Shown here: positions 50,670-60,005 of the stretch, piece by piece
Layout of the letters: each line of letters begins with the position of its first letter
Numbering within the stretch: the first letter of the stretch is position 1
IMG/VR virus record: IMGVR_UViG_3300038393_002515
Direction: 5' to 3' (one strand)
Origin: a virus
DNA length: 64,000 nt
Program-made: the position numbers and the translations under genes
Notes under the pieces: model-generated
What the model was told of the DNA's origin: nothing
The model's database searches: none
Seen by the model: only the letters and a program-made list of their open reading frames with translations

Positions 50670-52418
50670 ATGGCCAAGCGGAAGTCGCTTCAGCCCTGGC
50701 CGGAGACGGTATGGCACAGCTCTGGCCGAGTCCGCGAGAGCACCTCGTTGCAGGTGATCCGCCAGCATCTGCAGAACTCGGTCGGCTTCGACACGATCGA
50801 GCGGTGGCGCGAGTTCACCCCGGAAGACGAGTCGCCGTGGTGGTGGGGATTCGATTCCGCCTGGAGGACTCCCGACGGTGACCGCGTCAAGGCCCGCCTG
50901 CTGCTGGCGCCGGACACCACCTTCGTCAAGCGCATGAAGCTCTCCAGGCAGGACCTGGAGGCCAAGAACATAGACGTCGAGCTCGCATGGGTTCTGACCG
51001 CCGAGGCCGACACCCCCTGGGACAACAACTGGAGGTCCCCGCTGGGGATGTTCGGCGACCGCCGGACGTACGACTGGGCCAGCGGGCGCATGCCGCTCAT
51101 GACCTACACCGGCTTCACCGAGATGGACACCGACCACATGCGGGAGGGGTTCGAGGAGCTCGCGGAATGCCCCTGGTACATCACGGTCATCACCCACGAC
51201 ACGCGGCCCTTGCACGAGGCCTCGGAGGGTGATGGGTGCGTCGCATCGTTCGTGCCGCCGTCCCTGCAGGGCCGGGTTCTGGAGTTCCGCGTCTTCGGAG
51301 ACCAGGACGCCATCATCAACGCCGACGGAGTCCTGCCGGACAGCAAGCTGAGACTGAAGATGGGCGGGGCACTGATCCTGCCGACCGTTCCTCGGCAGGA
51401 CGGATGGTCCTTCGCCGACTACGCCATCCGGCGGCCGCTCGGCGGAGACCTGGAGCAGCTGCTGAAGGAGGCGGCCGAGACCGTCGCCCGCTACGGCGCG
51501 CTGCAGCCGCACTACTGCGAAAACGCTCGCTGGGCTGTGGAGGACCTGCGCCGGTCGTGGGTGCTCCCGGAGATCGAGGAGGCGCCCCGGCGGGTCCTGT
51601 TGGAGAAGCAGCGCTCCGAGGAGCAGGTCGTAGAGCTGCAGGGTGCGCTGCAGAAGCTGCGGGGTGAGGCCGAGCAGGAGCGGCGGGAGCACAGGGCGAC
51701 CCGGCAGGAGAAGGACGAGGCCGTGAGGCGGCTGACGGAGCTCACGAAGAGCCCGCTGGTGCAGGGGGCTCACGAGGCCCGTCGCGAGGCTGAGATGGCG
51801 TGGTCGGCGCAGGAGGCGACCGACGAGCTGGCCGAGCGGCTCGCGTCCGAGATCGGCTGGCTGCGGCGGCAGCTGGCCGAGAGGCCCGGCCGCTCGTACG
51901 ACGAGAAGGCGCCGGAACTTCCCAAGGGCCCCGAGTCCTGGGAGGAGCTGCTGGTGCTCGCTCCGGAGCTGCTGCCGAAGATCCGCGTCCTCGACGACGT
52001 CCTCGACTCGGTGTCCAAGATCGACCGCCACCCCAAGACGAAGCTGTGGCTGCGCCGGACGTGGACCGCGCTGGAGGCCTACCAGGCCTACGCCGAGGCC
52101 AAGGAGTCCCAGGGGCCGGTGGTGCTGCCGACCATGCAGGCGTACCTGCAGTGGGAGCTGGCCGACACCATCTTCCCCCAGTCCTGGCACGCCGGTAAGG
52201 AGGCAAGCATGACGCGGAGGGATCCGAAGTACGCGGCCCTGCGGACCTTCACTGTGCCGGAGCACGGGCCGGTGCTCATGGGCGAGCACGTCCGGATCGG
52301 CGACAACCGGCCCCCGGCGCCGCGCATGTACCTCTTCGACGACACCTCCGGGCCGACCGGCCTGATCTGGGTCGGCTACATCGGCCCGCACCTGCCCAAC
52401 GGTGTGAAGGTGTCCTGA
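50670..52418 (+). CDS. large hypothetical protein with central coiled coil
   Basis: GAAGGAG-N6-ATG. Residues ~330-440 are Glu/Arg/Gln heptad-like. The C-terminal ...PRMYLFDDTSGPTGLIWVGYIGPHLP tail is unassigned. Confidence 0.6.
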   Translation: MAKRKSLQPWPETVWHSSGRVRESTSLQVIRQHLQNSVGFDTIERWREFTPEDESPWWWGFDSAWRTPDGDRVKARLLLAPDTTFVKRMKLSRQDLEAKNIDVELAWVLTAEADTPWDNNWRSPLGMFGDRRTYDWASGRMPLMTYTGFTEMDTDHMREGFEELAECPWYITVITHDTRPLHEASEGDGCVASFVPPSLQGRVLEFRVFGDQDAIINADGVLPDSKLRLKMGGALILPTVPRQDGWSFADYAIRRPLGGDLEQLLKEAAETVARYGALQPHYCENARWAVEDLRRSWVLPEIEEAPRRVLLEKQRSEEQVVELQGALQKLRGEAEQERREHRATRQEKDEAVRRLTELTKSPLVQGAHEARREAEMAWSAQEATDELAERLASEIGWLRRQLAERPGRSYDEKAPELPKGPESWEELLVLAPELLPKIRVLDDVLDSVSKIDRHPKTKLWLRRTWTALEAYQAYAEAKESQGPVVLPTMQAYLQWELADTIFPQSWHAGKEASMTRRDPKYAALRTFTVPEHGPVLMGEHVRIGDNRPPAPRMYLFDDTSGPTGLIWVGYIGPHLPNGVKVS

Positions 52419-52439
52419 CCCTCCTCTCTTCCTGTCTCA

Positions 52440-52475
52440 CCCCTCCCTCGGCCCCTCAAGGGGCGGAAGGAGGGG
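52440..52475 (+). terminator. nested hairpin between 50670..52418 and 52484..54661
   Basis: CCCCTCC / GGAGGGG outer stem and GCCCC-tcaa-GGGGC inner stem. The right arm overlaps the SD of the next gene. Confidence 0.4.
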
Positions 52476-52483
52476 TGTTTCGC

Positions 52484-54661
52484 ATGTACGACGCCGTTGA
52501 GCCGAGCCCGTACGACTCGCTGAACATCAACGACCCGTGGGCCGACGAGGACCGCGAGCGCACGAGCGAGCCGATGCGCCCTCATGAGCGCGGCCCGCGC
52601 CGCAACCCCTCCCGTGAAGACCGTTCCGTACGTCGCCGGATGCGCCGCGCGGGCGCGCAGGAGGAGAACAGCATGCCCAGCCCTGACCGCTCCGAGCTGC
52701 TGAAGCGGATCGAGAGTGCCAAGACCTTCGACGAACAGGTCCAGCTCGTCGCCCAGCTTCACGAGCTCGACCGGCGGGCCCAGCGCACCGCCGCGCTGGA
52801 GCGCGAGGCCGACCTGGCCAACACCTCCATCCGCGAGGCGTTCACGCCGGTCATCTCCGCCACCGCGCGCGGCACCACGGCCTCCGACTGGCTGGACACC
52901 GAGGTCGCCGACGCACCGTTCGACCACGGCCAGCTGATCGCGCAGGCCGCGCTGTGGTTCAAGGACGTGCCGGACTTCGTCCGCGCCGACCGGGACGAGT
53001 TCACCGAGCAGGCCGTCGGCAAGGCCCGTCAGGTCACCTCCAGCCTCGGCGCGCAGGCAGGGACGGCCGAGGACATCTTCGTCGGCTACGCCCACTTTCT
53101 GCGTGGCCAGTCGGTCGTCGTCGAGGCCGCCTCGGGCCTGGACCAGATCCAGCAGACGACCGCGCCGGACGGCGTCACCAGCAAGCCCACGCCGCTCCCG
53201 CCCGACGCGTTCGACAACTTCGCGCCGCCGGTCGCCGACATCAACACCGCCGTCTCCGGCACGGAGACCTCCAGCGCGGCTCCGGCGATCCAGATGGCCG
53301 TCGGCGGCGGCGGGAACTCCAGCCCCGAGGTGCCCGGCGGCCACGACAGCAGCGGCCAGCTGACCGGTCCCGGCGCCGAGCCGTCCCTGTCCGGCGGTGG
53401 CGGCAACTCCTCGCCGGAGCGCGCGGGCGGCCACTCCATCTCCGGGGACGTCCCGGCGCAGGGCGGCCCTACCAACGCCGCGCCGCAGGCCGAACCGGCG
53501 CAGGAGGAGACCGAGCAGACCCAGGAGGCCGGGGACGTCTCCCAGCGGCCCAAGACGGCCGCGTCCGGCCTGCAGCAGGTCCAGCAGTCGGTCGACGTCC
53601 ACGACCAGAACCACACCACGCCGCTGCCGACCACCGTGGCCTTCCCCTGGACCATGGACGAGGGCGAGTCGGCCGACGGCATGACCGGCGAGGCCCACTA
53701 CGACCAGGGCGGCCAGGTCTCCTCCGGCCACCAGGCGCACGCCAGCCTGCAGCGGCAGGCCGACTCCTGGACCCAGCCGAACCAGATCATCGAGCCGAAC
53801 ATCGCCAACTCGCCCCGCTCCACGCCGCCTCGGAACGTGGGGCAGGCCGGTGACGGCGCGGCCGACGCCCGCGCGGCCGAGACGCAGCCTTCGTTCGGTG
53901 ACGCGCACGCCGCGCCCCAGTACACACAGGGCTACACCAGCGCTGCCCCGGCCGCGCCCGCGCAGGACGTGCCGGTGTCGATGGGCGGCGACAACGGACA
54001 GTCCCTGAAGCACCCGGCGTTCGCCTCGCGGCGCGTCGCCAGCAAGCAGGACATGCAGCACCCGGACTTCCAGAAGGGCTACAAGTACGCGGCCCGCTGG
54101 CAGGAGGGCACCCCCGTCGTGCGTCCCGGCTCTCCGGAGCTGGAAGCCGGTATCTACGCCGCCTTCACCGACCGGCCGCAGCACCGGGCGGCGTGGCTGT
54201 CCGCGCACGCGGCGCTGGCCAGTGTCGAACCGGGCCTGGGCCGCCGGATCGCCAAGCACAGGGAGCTGACCCACAAGGTGGCGGCCGCGCAGGCGCTGCC
54301 GACTGACGGCACCTACCTGCAGGTCCAGGCCGCCACCGGGATCGACCTGGACACCACCAACCCGTCCACGTCGCCGTCGCCGACCGGCGACACCCCGATC
54401 AACGGCCCCGGCAAGCCCGGCCCGCTCGCCGGACAGATGGACGCGGCCGCCCCGGCCGGTGCCGCCCCCTACAACGGCGCCGAACCGTTCGGGCAGCCGG
54501 TCGTGCCGTCCGCTCCGGCCGTTCCGCAGGGCCAGCCGGTGACCATCCCCGACAGCGGCATGGCGTCCGCCTACAACAGCGGCTCCGGCCTGTCCCCGAC
54601 GGCGGCTGCGTTCCGCCGCCAGGTTCAGGCGGGCCTCCTCGCCGAGAGGACCGGCCGATGA
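52484..54661 (+). CDS. large low-complexity (Gly/Pro/Ala/Ser/Gln-rich) protein, possible virion protein
   Basis: GGAAGGAGGGG-N8-ATG 52484 (alternative ATG 52673 after CAGGAGGAG). Internal repeat GGGGNSSPE(V/R)(P/A)GGH. Confidence 0.55.
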   Translation: MYDAVEPSPYDSLNINDPWADEDRERTSEPMRPHERGPRRNPSREDRSVRRRMRRAGAQEENSMPSPDRSELLKRIESAKTFDEQVQLVAQLHELDRRAQRTAALEREADLANTSIREAFTPVISATARGTTASDWLDTEVADAPFDHGQLIAQAALWFKDVPDFVRADRDEFTEQAVGKARQVTSSLGAQAGTAEDIFVGYAHFLRGQSVVVEAASGLDQIQQTTAPDGVTSKPTPLPPDAFDNFAPPVADINTAVSGTETSSAAPAIQMAVGGGGNSSPEVPGGHDSSGQLTGPGAEPSLSGGGGNSSPERAGGHSISGDVPAQGGPTNAAPQAEPAQEETEQTQEAGDVSQRPKTAASGLQQVQQSVDVHDQNHTTPLPTTVAFPWTMDEGESADGMTGEAHYDQGGQVSSGHQAHASLQRQADSWTQPNQIIEPNIANSPRSTPPRNVGQAGDGAADARAAETQPSFGDAHAAPQYTQGYTSAAPAAPAQDVPVSMGGDNGQSLKHPAFASRRVASKQDMQHPDFQKGYKYAARWQEGTPVVRPGSPELEAGIYAAFTDRPQHRAAWLSAHAALASVEPGLGRRIAKHRELTHKVAAAQALPTDGTYLQVQAATGIDLDTTNPSTSPSPTGDTPINGPGKPGPLAGQMDAAAPAGAAPYNGAEPFGQPVVPSAPAVPQGQPVTIPDSGMASAYNSGSGLSPTAAAFRRQVQAGLLAERTGR

Positions 54662-55047
54662 GCGCTGAACTGACCGAACTTGCCGAGCTGTGGAGCCGGT
54701 TCGCCGAACAGGCCGCTGGCGCGGAGCCCGACCGGGCCAGGGGGATCTTCCTCATCAAGGCCGACGGGAGCGGCGAAATGCTGGCCGTCGACCACGAGGG
54801 CGGACTGCGGACCGCCGACTTCTCGGCCGAGAACCTGGCTTATCAGTCGGCAACCCCGCTCAAGCAGTGCATCTCGATGCTGCGGCTCATGTGCAAGGAC
54901 GCCGACCGGCCCCCCGGCCAGCGCACATACCCGCTGCCCCAGTCCATCGACCGCGTCCGGGCCCTCCTGGGCGAGGCGGGCCTGGACGCCCCCGAAGTCC
55001 ACATCTGGGAGGTCTACACGACCTCCGCCGCCGAGAAGGGCGCCTGA
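54658..55047 (+). CDS. hypothetical protein
   Basis: ATGA overlap at 54658. Confidence 0.55.
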   Translation: MSAELTELAELWSRFAEQAAGAEPDRARGIFLIKADGSGEMLAVDHEGGLRTADFSAENLAYQSATPLKQCISMLRLMCKDADRPPGQRTYPLPQSIDRVRALLGEAGLDAPEVHIWEVYTTSAAEKGA

Positions 55048-55050
55048 GCC

Positions 55051-56313
55051 ATGGACATCGCATCCCTGATGTGGGACGAGACCGGCCGCGACATCGACCA
55101 CGAGCAGCGTGAGCTGGCCCGTACGGCCGCCCTGAACGACGCGGAGCGCCTGGTCGGCCAGTTCCTCTACCAGGCGGCCAGCGACGCCGACCTGACCAAC
55201 CGTCTCGCGCTGGCCGACGAGCGGCTGCAGGCCGTCGCATCCGTGCGCGGCTACCCGATGCAGGACCTGACCGGCGATCTGAAGGAGCGCTGGCGGCTGC
55301 TGTCCCAGGCCCGGACGGCGACCGCGCAGAAGACGGCCGCCGTCCGGCAGGTGACGGCCGCCCAGGAACGCGCCATGGACGCGGTGGCGGCCCGCCTGGC
55401 GGCCGTGGCGGCGCGGCAGAACCCGTCCGTGCCGATGTCCGAGTGCCTGAAGCTGGCCGTCGAGGCCGTCCGCAAGCACGCCGACGCCTACCCGCTGGCG
55501 TACGAGTCGTGGGGAGGCACGGCCGACGGTCCCATCACCAACCGGGTCAAGAACTTCACGCCGGGCAACCTGCCGAAGTCCTATGACCCCAGCGGCGCGC
55601 CGGACGCGGACCCGGGCATGTTCGACTCGGTCCACAAGCGCCTGGACGACATGGAGACGAAGCTGGCCGGGCCCTCCAGCCCCTCTGGCCCGGCCTCCGG
55701 GCCGCCGTCGGGACCCGCCGGACCCGGCAGTCCGACCACCGCGTCTCTGGAGCCCACCGTCGCCGGGTTTTTCGAGCGGCTGAAGGACTGGTGGCACGGA
55801 CCGAGCCAGGAGCCGACCACAGCCCCGGCCCCGGCGGCCGAGGAGCGGGCCCCTTACATGATCCCGAGCAACAACGCGGCCTCCGACCACGTCGATGACG
55901 CCGTCGCGCGCCACCACGACGAGCAGGGGCGCCGGGAGTTCGACGAGATCATGCGGCGTCTGGACAGCGACCAGGCCGAGATGAACCACAAGTGGGACAC
56001 CGCCCGCGAGGACCGCTTCGAGAGCCCTGCGGAGACCAACCAGCGCACGCGGTACCTGCAGGACGCTCACGACCGGCGGACGACCGACATGGAGCGGCGT
56101 CTGGACGAGATGGGGCGCACTCCTTCCCGGCTTCCGTTCTCGCACGCCGAGCCCGAACAGAGCGGGTCGTCGGCGCCGCTGGACCACCCGGCCCCGGCCA
56201 GCTTCTCCCACGCCGACACCGGCGCCAGCGGCGGCCAGCAGGTGCTGCCGACCGACCCGGCCGAGCACGCCTTCTCCCACCGAGCCAGCCTCCAGCACAG
56301 CCTGTTCGAGTAG
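55051..56313 (+). CDS. hypothetical helical/low-complexity protein
   Basis: GAAGGG-N10-ATG. Confidence 0.55.
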   Translation: MDIASLMWDETGRDIDHEQRELARTAALNDAERLVGQFLYQAASDADLTNRLALADERLQAVASVRGYPMQDLTGDLKERWRLLSQARTATAQKTAAVRQVTAAQERAMDAVAARLAAVAARQNPSVPMSECLKLAVEAVRKHADAYPLAYESWGGTADGPITNRVKNFTPGNLPKSYDPSGAPDADPGMFDSVHKRLDDMETKLAGPSSPSGPASGPPSGPAGPGSPTTASLEPTVAGFFERLKDWWHGPSQEPTTAPAPAAEERAPYMIPSNNAASDHVDDAVARHHDEQGRREFDEIMRRLDSDQAEMNHKWDTAREDRFESPAETNQRTRYLQDAHDRRTTDMERRLDEMGRTPSRLPFSHAEPEQSGSSAPLDHPAPASFSHADTGASGGQQVLPTDPAEHAFSHRASLQHSLFE

Positions 56314-56322
56314 GAGCCGACC

Positions 56323-56541
56323 GTGGACCTGGACCCGAACATCGCCTGGGGCACGATCCTCGGTGCCGCGTTCGCCTACGAGATGTACGGCGTCTTCAAC
56401 GGCCGCGAGGGCGACACGCTCTCCGAGCGGATCCGGACCTGGTTCCACACCAGTAGCAGGCCCGGCAAGGCGGTCTTTGTCGTCGCCTGGCTGGGCCTGA
56501 CGGCCTGGTTCATCCCGCACATCATCTTCGGAGGCAAGTAG
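56323..56541 (+). CDS. small two-TM membrane protein
   Basis: TAGGAG-N6-GTG; hydrophobic WGTILGAAFAY and VFVVAWLGLTAWFIPHIIF. Confidence 0.5.
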   Translation: MDLDPNIAWGTILGAAFAYEMYGVFNGREGDTLSERIRTWFHTSSRPGKAVFVVAWLGLTAWFIPHIIFGGK

Positions 56542-56901
56542 GTGTTCATCTACCAGGCCACCGTGGACAAGGTGGTCGACGGGGACACCCTGGACCTGCA
56601 GGTCGACCTGGGGTTCGGGGTGTTCACCCGGCAACGGGTACGCCTCCTGGGGATCAACGCGCCCGAGCACAACACCGACGACGGCAAGAAGGCCATCGCC
56701 TTCGTCCAGGCGTGGGTGAAGGAGCACGGACCCACCTTCACTGTGCGCACCCTGAAGGACAAGAAGGAGAAGTACGGCCGGTACTTGGCCACGCTCCTCT
56801 CCGACACCGAGGAGCTGGGTCAGGCCCTGGTCGATGCCGGGCTCGCCGTGCCCTGGGACGGCGAGGGCGCCCGGCCGGTTCCTGCCACGGCGGCCAGTTG
56901 A
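56542..56901 (+). CDS. staphylococcal-nuclease (thermonuclease)-fold nuclease
   Basis: VVDGDTLDL, RVRLLGINAPE, KYGRYLA and LVDAGLA blocks typical of the SNase fold. Confidence 0.7.
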   Translation: MFIYQATVDKVVDGDTLDLQVDLGFGVFTRQRVRLLGINAPEHNTDDGKKAIAFVQAWVKEHGPTFTVRTLKDKKEKYGRYLATLLSDTEELGQALVDAGLAVPWDGEGARPVPATAAS

Positions 56902-56948
56902 TACGGTGATACGGCAGCTACAAGCCGATGTGTAGCGCCCAACACAAC

Positions 56949-56978
56949 GCCCCCTCCGGATACCAGCCGAGAGGGGGC
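56949..56978 (+). terminator. hairpin after nuclease gene
   Basis: GCCCCCTC / GAGGGGGC stem. Confidence 0.45.
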
Positions 56979-57030
56979 ATTGTGCTGTCCGGGGACGCTC
57001 CCGTCACCGTAGGGGGTGGAGGTGAGCGGT

Positions 57031-57552
57031 ATGACGCTGCGCGCGGTGGTGGCGCATCAGTCCGGCGATGGGGTGACCATCTGCCACTGCCCGTTCTGCG
57101 GCTCGGGGCAGGTCATCGGCCGCTCGGACGGCAACACGGAGTGCTCGTTCTGCAATCAGTCGTTCCTGGTCAGGGTGCAGCCGATGTTCTCGGCGTTCCC
57201 ACAGTCGATCGACGGGATGCCGGTGCAGATCCCCGGGATGCCGCCTCCGACCATGCCCGGGATGCCGCCGGGCGGCGACCCCAACGACCCGAACGCGATG
57301 CCGCCCGGCGCCGAGGGGCCGGAGGGTGGTCCCGAGGGCGGCGATGACGGCGGCGCGCCTCCGTTCGGCGGTGGCAGCGACTCAAGCGACTCGGGCTCCG
57401 ACTCGGGCGGGTCGGACGACTCCGGCTCCGACGACTCCGGCGGCGGGCCGCCGTTCGGGAAGAAGGAGTCCTCCTTCCGTGCGGGAGGCCGCACGCTCGG
57501 GCGGGCCGCTTACGTCGACTACCTCGCCGGACTCCTGGGAGGCCAGCAGTGA
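57031..57552 (+). CDS. Zn-ribbon protein with Pro/Gly/Asp/Ser low-complexity tail
   Basis: GGTGGAGGTGA-N5-ATG 57031; CHCPFCGSG...CSFCNQ. Confidence 0.55.
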   Translation: MTLRAVVAHQSGDGVTICHCPFCGSGQVIGRSDGNTECSFCNQSFLVRVQPMFSAFPQSIDGMPVQIPGMPPPTMPGMPPGGDPNDPNAMPPGAEGPEGGPEGGDDGGAPPFGGGSDSSDSGSDSGGSDDSGSDDSGGGPPFGKKESSFRAGGRTLGRAAYVDYLAGLLGGQQ

Positions 57553-57776
57553 GCATCGCCCTGCAGGCGCTCGTACAGCTGGAGATCGACGGCGCCGTCT
57601 ACCAGCCCGGCGAGTGGATCACCCTGCCTGACGGCCAGGAGGCCCGCGCGGCCGAGCTGCAGTCGTACGGCTACGCCGACGAGCTGGTCACCGGCTCCGA
57701 AGAGGCGCCGGTGGCTGTGCAGGAGGCGGCCGCGCCGGTGAGGACGCGGCGGAAGCGGACTGCCTCCACCTCCTGA
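57549..57776 (+). CDS. hypothetical small protein
   Basis: GTGA overlap at 57549. Confidence 0.5.
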   Translation: MSIALQALVQLEIDGAVYQPGEWITLPDGQEARAAELQSYGYADELVTGSEEAPVAVQEAAAPVRTRRKRTASTS

Positions 57777-57807
57777 CCAGCACGCCCTGTCTGTGGCGGC
57801 TCGTCCA

Positions 57808-57822
57808 CCCCCAAGGGGTGAG
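57808..57822 (+). promoter_or_regulatory. late-gene-associated motif CCCCAAGGGGTGAG (upstream of portal-like gene)
   Basis: GCGGCT-N9-CAAGGGGTGAG-CCACCAC, 18 nt before ATG 57840. Confidence 0.4.
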
Positions 57823-57839
57823 CCACCACAGGAGGATTC

Positions 57840-60005
57840 ATGGCACAGCGGGGCGCCAGCGGGCCGAACTACGAGGGCGAGCAGTCGCGGATCGACCGCC
57901 TGTTCCGTCGCTTCTCGTCGCGGCCGGGCGAGTCGGGTGAAGAGGCCGAGATGCGCGCCAACCGGCGCGTGGCCCGGCGCAAGACCGCTGCGGCCGGATT
58001 CACCGGCGGCGGCCATGCCGGTCCAGCGGTGGACTTCGCCACGGTCCGGCCCCGCGACCCGCTGTTCTACTGGCGGCAGAACAACCTGCCGTTCCAGTTC
58101 GACGACCCCGCGCAGATGCAGAAGATGCGGGCGTACTGCCGACTTCTTTACATCTCGCACCCGCTGGTCGGCTCCTGCGTCGACATCTACTCGAAGTACC
58201 CGCTGCTCGGGCTGAAGATGACCTGCAAGGACGAGCGGCTCACCGAGTTCTACACCGACCACTTCCTCTCCGAGGACGGCCTGGACTACCAGAAGTTCCT
58301 GCCCAAGCTGGGCCGGGAGTACTGGACGGTCGGCGAGGCGTGGCCGCTGGGCACCTTCAACGAGGACCTCGGCGTGTGGGACACCGAGGAGCTGCTCAAC
58401 CCCGACGACGTCGAGGTGCAGCCCTCCCCGTTCCTGCGCGAGCCGAGGTTCCTGATCCGGCTGCCGCAGAACATGAAGGAACTCATCCGCACCCGGCAGC
58501 CCGCCTGGGAGTACGAGAAGCTGATCACGGCGTACCCGGAGCTGACGTACTACGCCGATGACAACGCCCTCATGCCGGTGTCGAACATCCTGCTGCGGCA
58601 GATGAAGTTCGAGGCCGACAACTTCAACCCCCGGGGCATCCCCCTGCTGTACCGCGCGATGCGGTCGCTGATGCAGGAGGAGATGCTCAACGCGGCCGTC
58701 GACTCCATCGCCGACCGGCTCTACACGCCGCTCATCCACGCCAAGCTCGGCGCCTCTGCCTCGGACCTGGGCACGAACGTGCCGTGGATTCCGACCCTGG
58801 ACGACCTCGCCGACTTCGAGGAGGCCGTGGACGCTGCCCTGGCGGGCGACTTCCGCATCATCATGACCCACTTCGCGGTCCAGATGGAGTCGGTGCTGGG
58901 CAAGGAGGACATCCCCGACCTCACGGGCGACTTCGACCGGATCGAGGGCCGGGTCCTGCAGACCTTCGGTCTGTCCAAGACGATGCTGGCCGGTGCGTCC
59001 TCCGGTGAGACGTACGCGGCCGACGCCCTCAACCGCGACCTGGTCACGCAGATGCTGACCAGTTACCAGAACCTGATCTCCTCCCACTACCGCCAGCGCG
59101 CCCTCGTCGTTGCCGAGGCCCAGGAGCACTTCGACTACGAAGAGCGCAACGGCAAGCGGTACGTGAAGATGGAGGAGATCTACGAGGTCGACGAGGAGAC
59201 CGGCGAGGGCCGGATCGTCGAGCAGCCCAAGCTCCTCATCCCCGACCTGCAGTTCAAGACGATGAGCCTCCAGGACGAGGCCGCGCAGAACGAGTTCTTC
59301 GAGGCCCTGCGCGAGGCCGGTGTCCCGATCTCGGTCAAGACCCGCCTGCACAACGTCAACATCGACTTCGACGAGGAGATCGAGAAGTCGCGCGACGAGG
59401 CCGTCGAGATGGCGGTCGCCGAACAGGAGACCCGCAAGGCCATCTACATCGCGCTCAAGGACAAGGGCCTGCCGATCCCGCAGGACCTGCGCTCTGACTT
59501 CGAGCCGCGCGCCCTGCCCGAGGATCAGGACCCGAACCAGATGCCGACGGCTCCGTCGCGCATCCCGATCCTCGGCATGGACCCGGTCACCTCGCAGCCC
59601 ACGCTCGCGCCGACCATGCAGGACCTGACCTCGATCCCGCCGGACGGCGGCGTGGCCATGCCTGGCGGCGTGCCGGAGCCGGTCGACGCCGACCAGGGCG
59701 AGGGCGAGCAGCGGCCGGACGAGTCCGACGAGGCGCGAGGCGACATGCCCAAGGAGTCCTCGCTGATCCCGTACCCCCGGCCGCGCCTGGACGACGCCAC
59801 AGGCCTGTTCCAGAACCACGAGCGGATGAAGGCGCTGGCCGACGAGCACCGGCCCAAGGTCCTGGTGCCCGTCGCCCAGGAGGGCGCGGAAAAGCCCGAG
59901 GCGATCCAGCGCAAGCAGGCCGTCGGCCTCTACCAGGGCCCGCGCCACCTCGGCATGCGCCGCCACATCCAGGAGGACGAGATCAACAAGGAGTTGCAGG
60001 CATGA
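57840..60005 (+). CDS. putative portal (head-tail connector) protein
   Basis: 721 aa with an acidic disordered C-terminus, directly upstream of and coupled to the tailspike-like gene. The portal assignment is from my recollection of actinophage portal-like sequences and is not verified. Confidence 0.45.
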   Translation: MAQRGASGPNYEGEQSRIDRLFRRFSSRPGESGEEAEMRANRRVARRKTAAAGFTGGGHAGPAVDFATVRPRDPLFYWRQNNLPFQFDDPAQMQKMRAYCRLLYISHPLVGSCVDIYSKYPLLGLKMTCKDERLTEFYTDHFLSEDGLDYQKFLPKLGREYWTVGEAWPLGTFNEDLGVWDTEELLNPDDVEVQPSPFLREPRFLIRLPQNMKELIRTRQPAWEYEKLITAYPELTYYADDNALMPVSNILLRQMKFEADNFNPRGIPLLYRAMRSLMQEEMLNAAVDSIADRLYTPLIHAKLGASASDLGTNVPWIPTLDDLADFEEAVDAALAGDFRIIMTHFAVQMESVLGKEDIPDLTGDFDRIEGRVLQTFGLSKTMLAGASSGETYAADALNRDLVTQMLTSYQNLISSHYRQRALVVAEAQEHFDYEERNGKRYVKMEEIYEVDEETGEGRIVEQPKLLIPDLQFKTMSLQDEAAQNEFFEALREAGVPISVKTRLHNVNIDFDEEIEKSRDEAVEMAVAEQETRKAIYIALKDKGLPIPQDLRSDFEPRALPEDQDPNQMPTAPSRIPILGMDPVTSQPTLAPTMQDLTSIPPDGGVAMPGGVPEPVDADQGEGEQRPDESDEARGDMPKESSLIPYPRPRLDDATGLFQNHERMKALADEHRPKVLVPVAQEGAEKPEAIQRKQAVGLYQGPRHLGMRRHIQEDEINKELQA

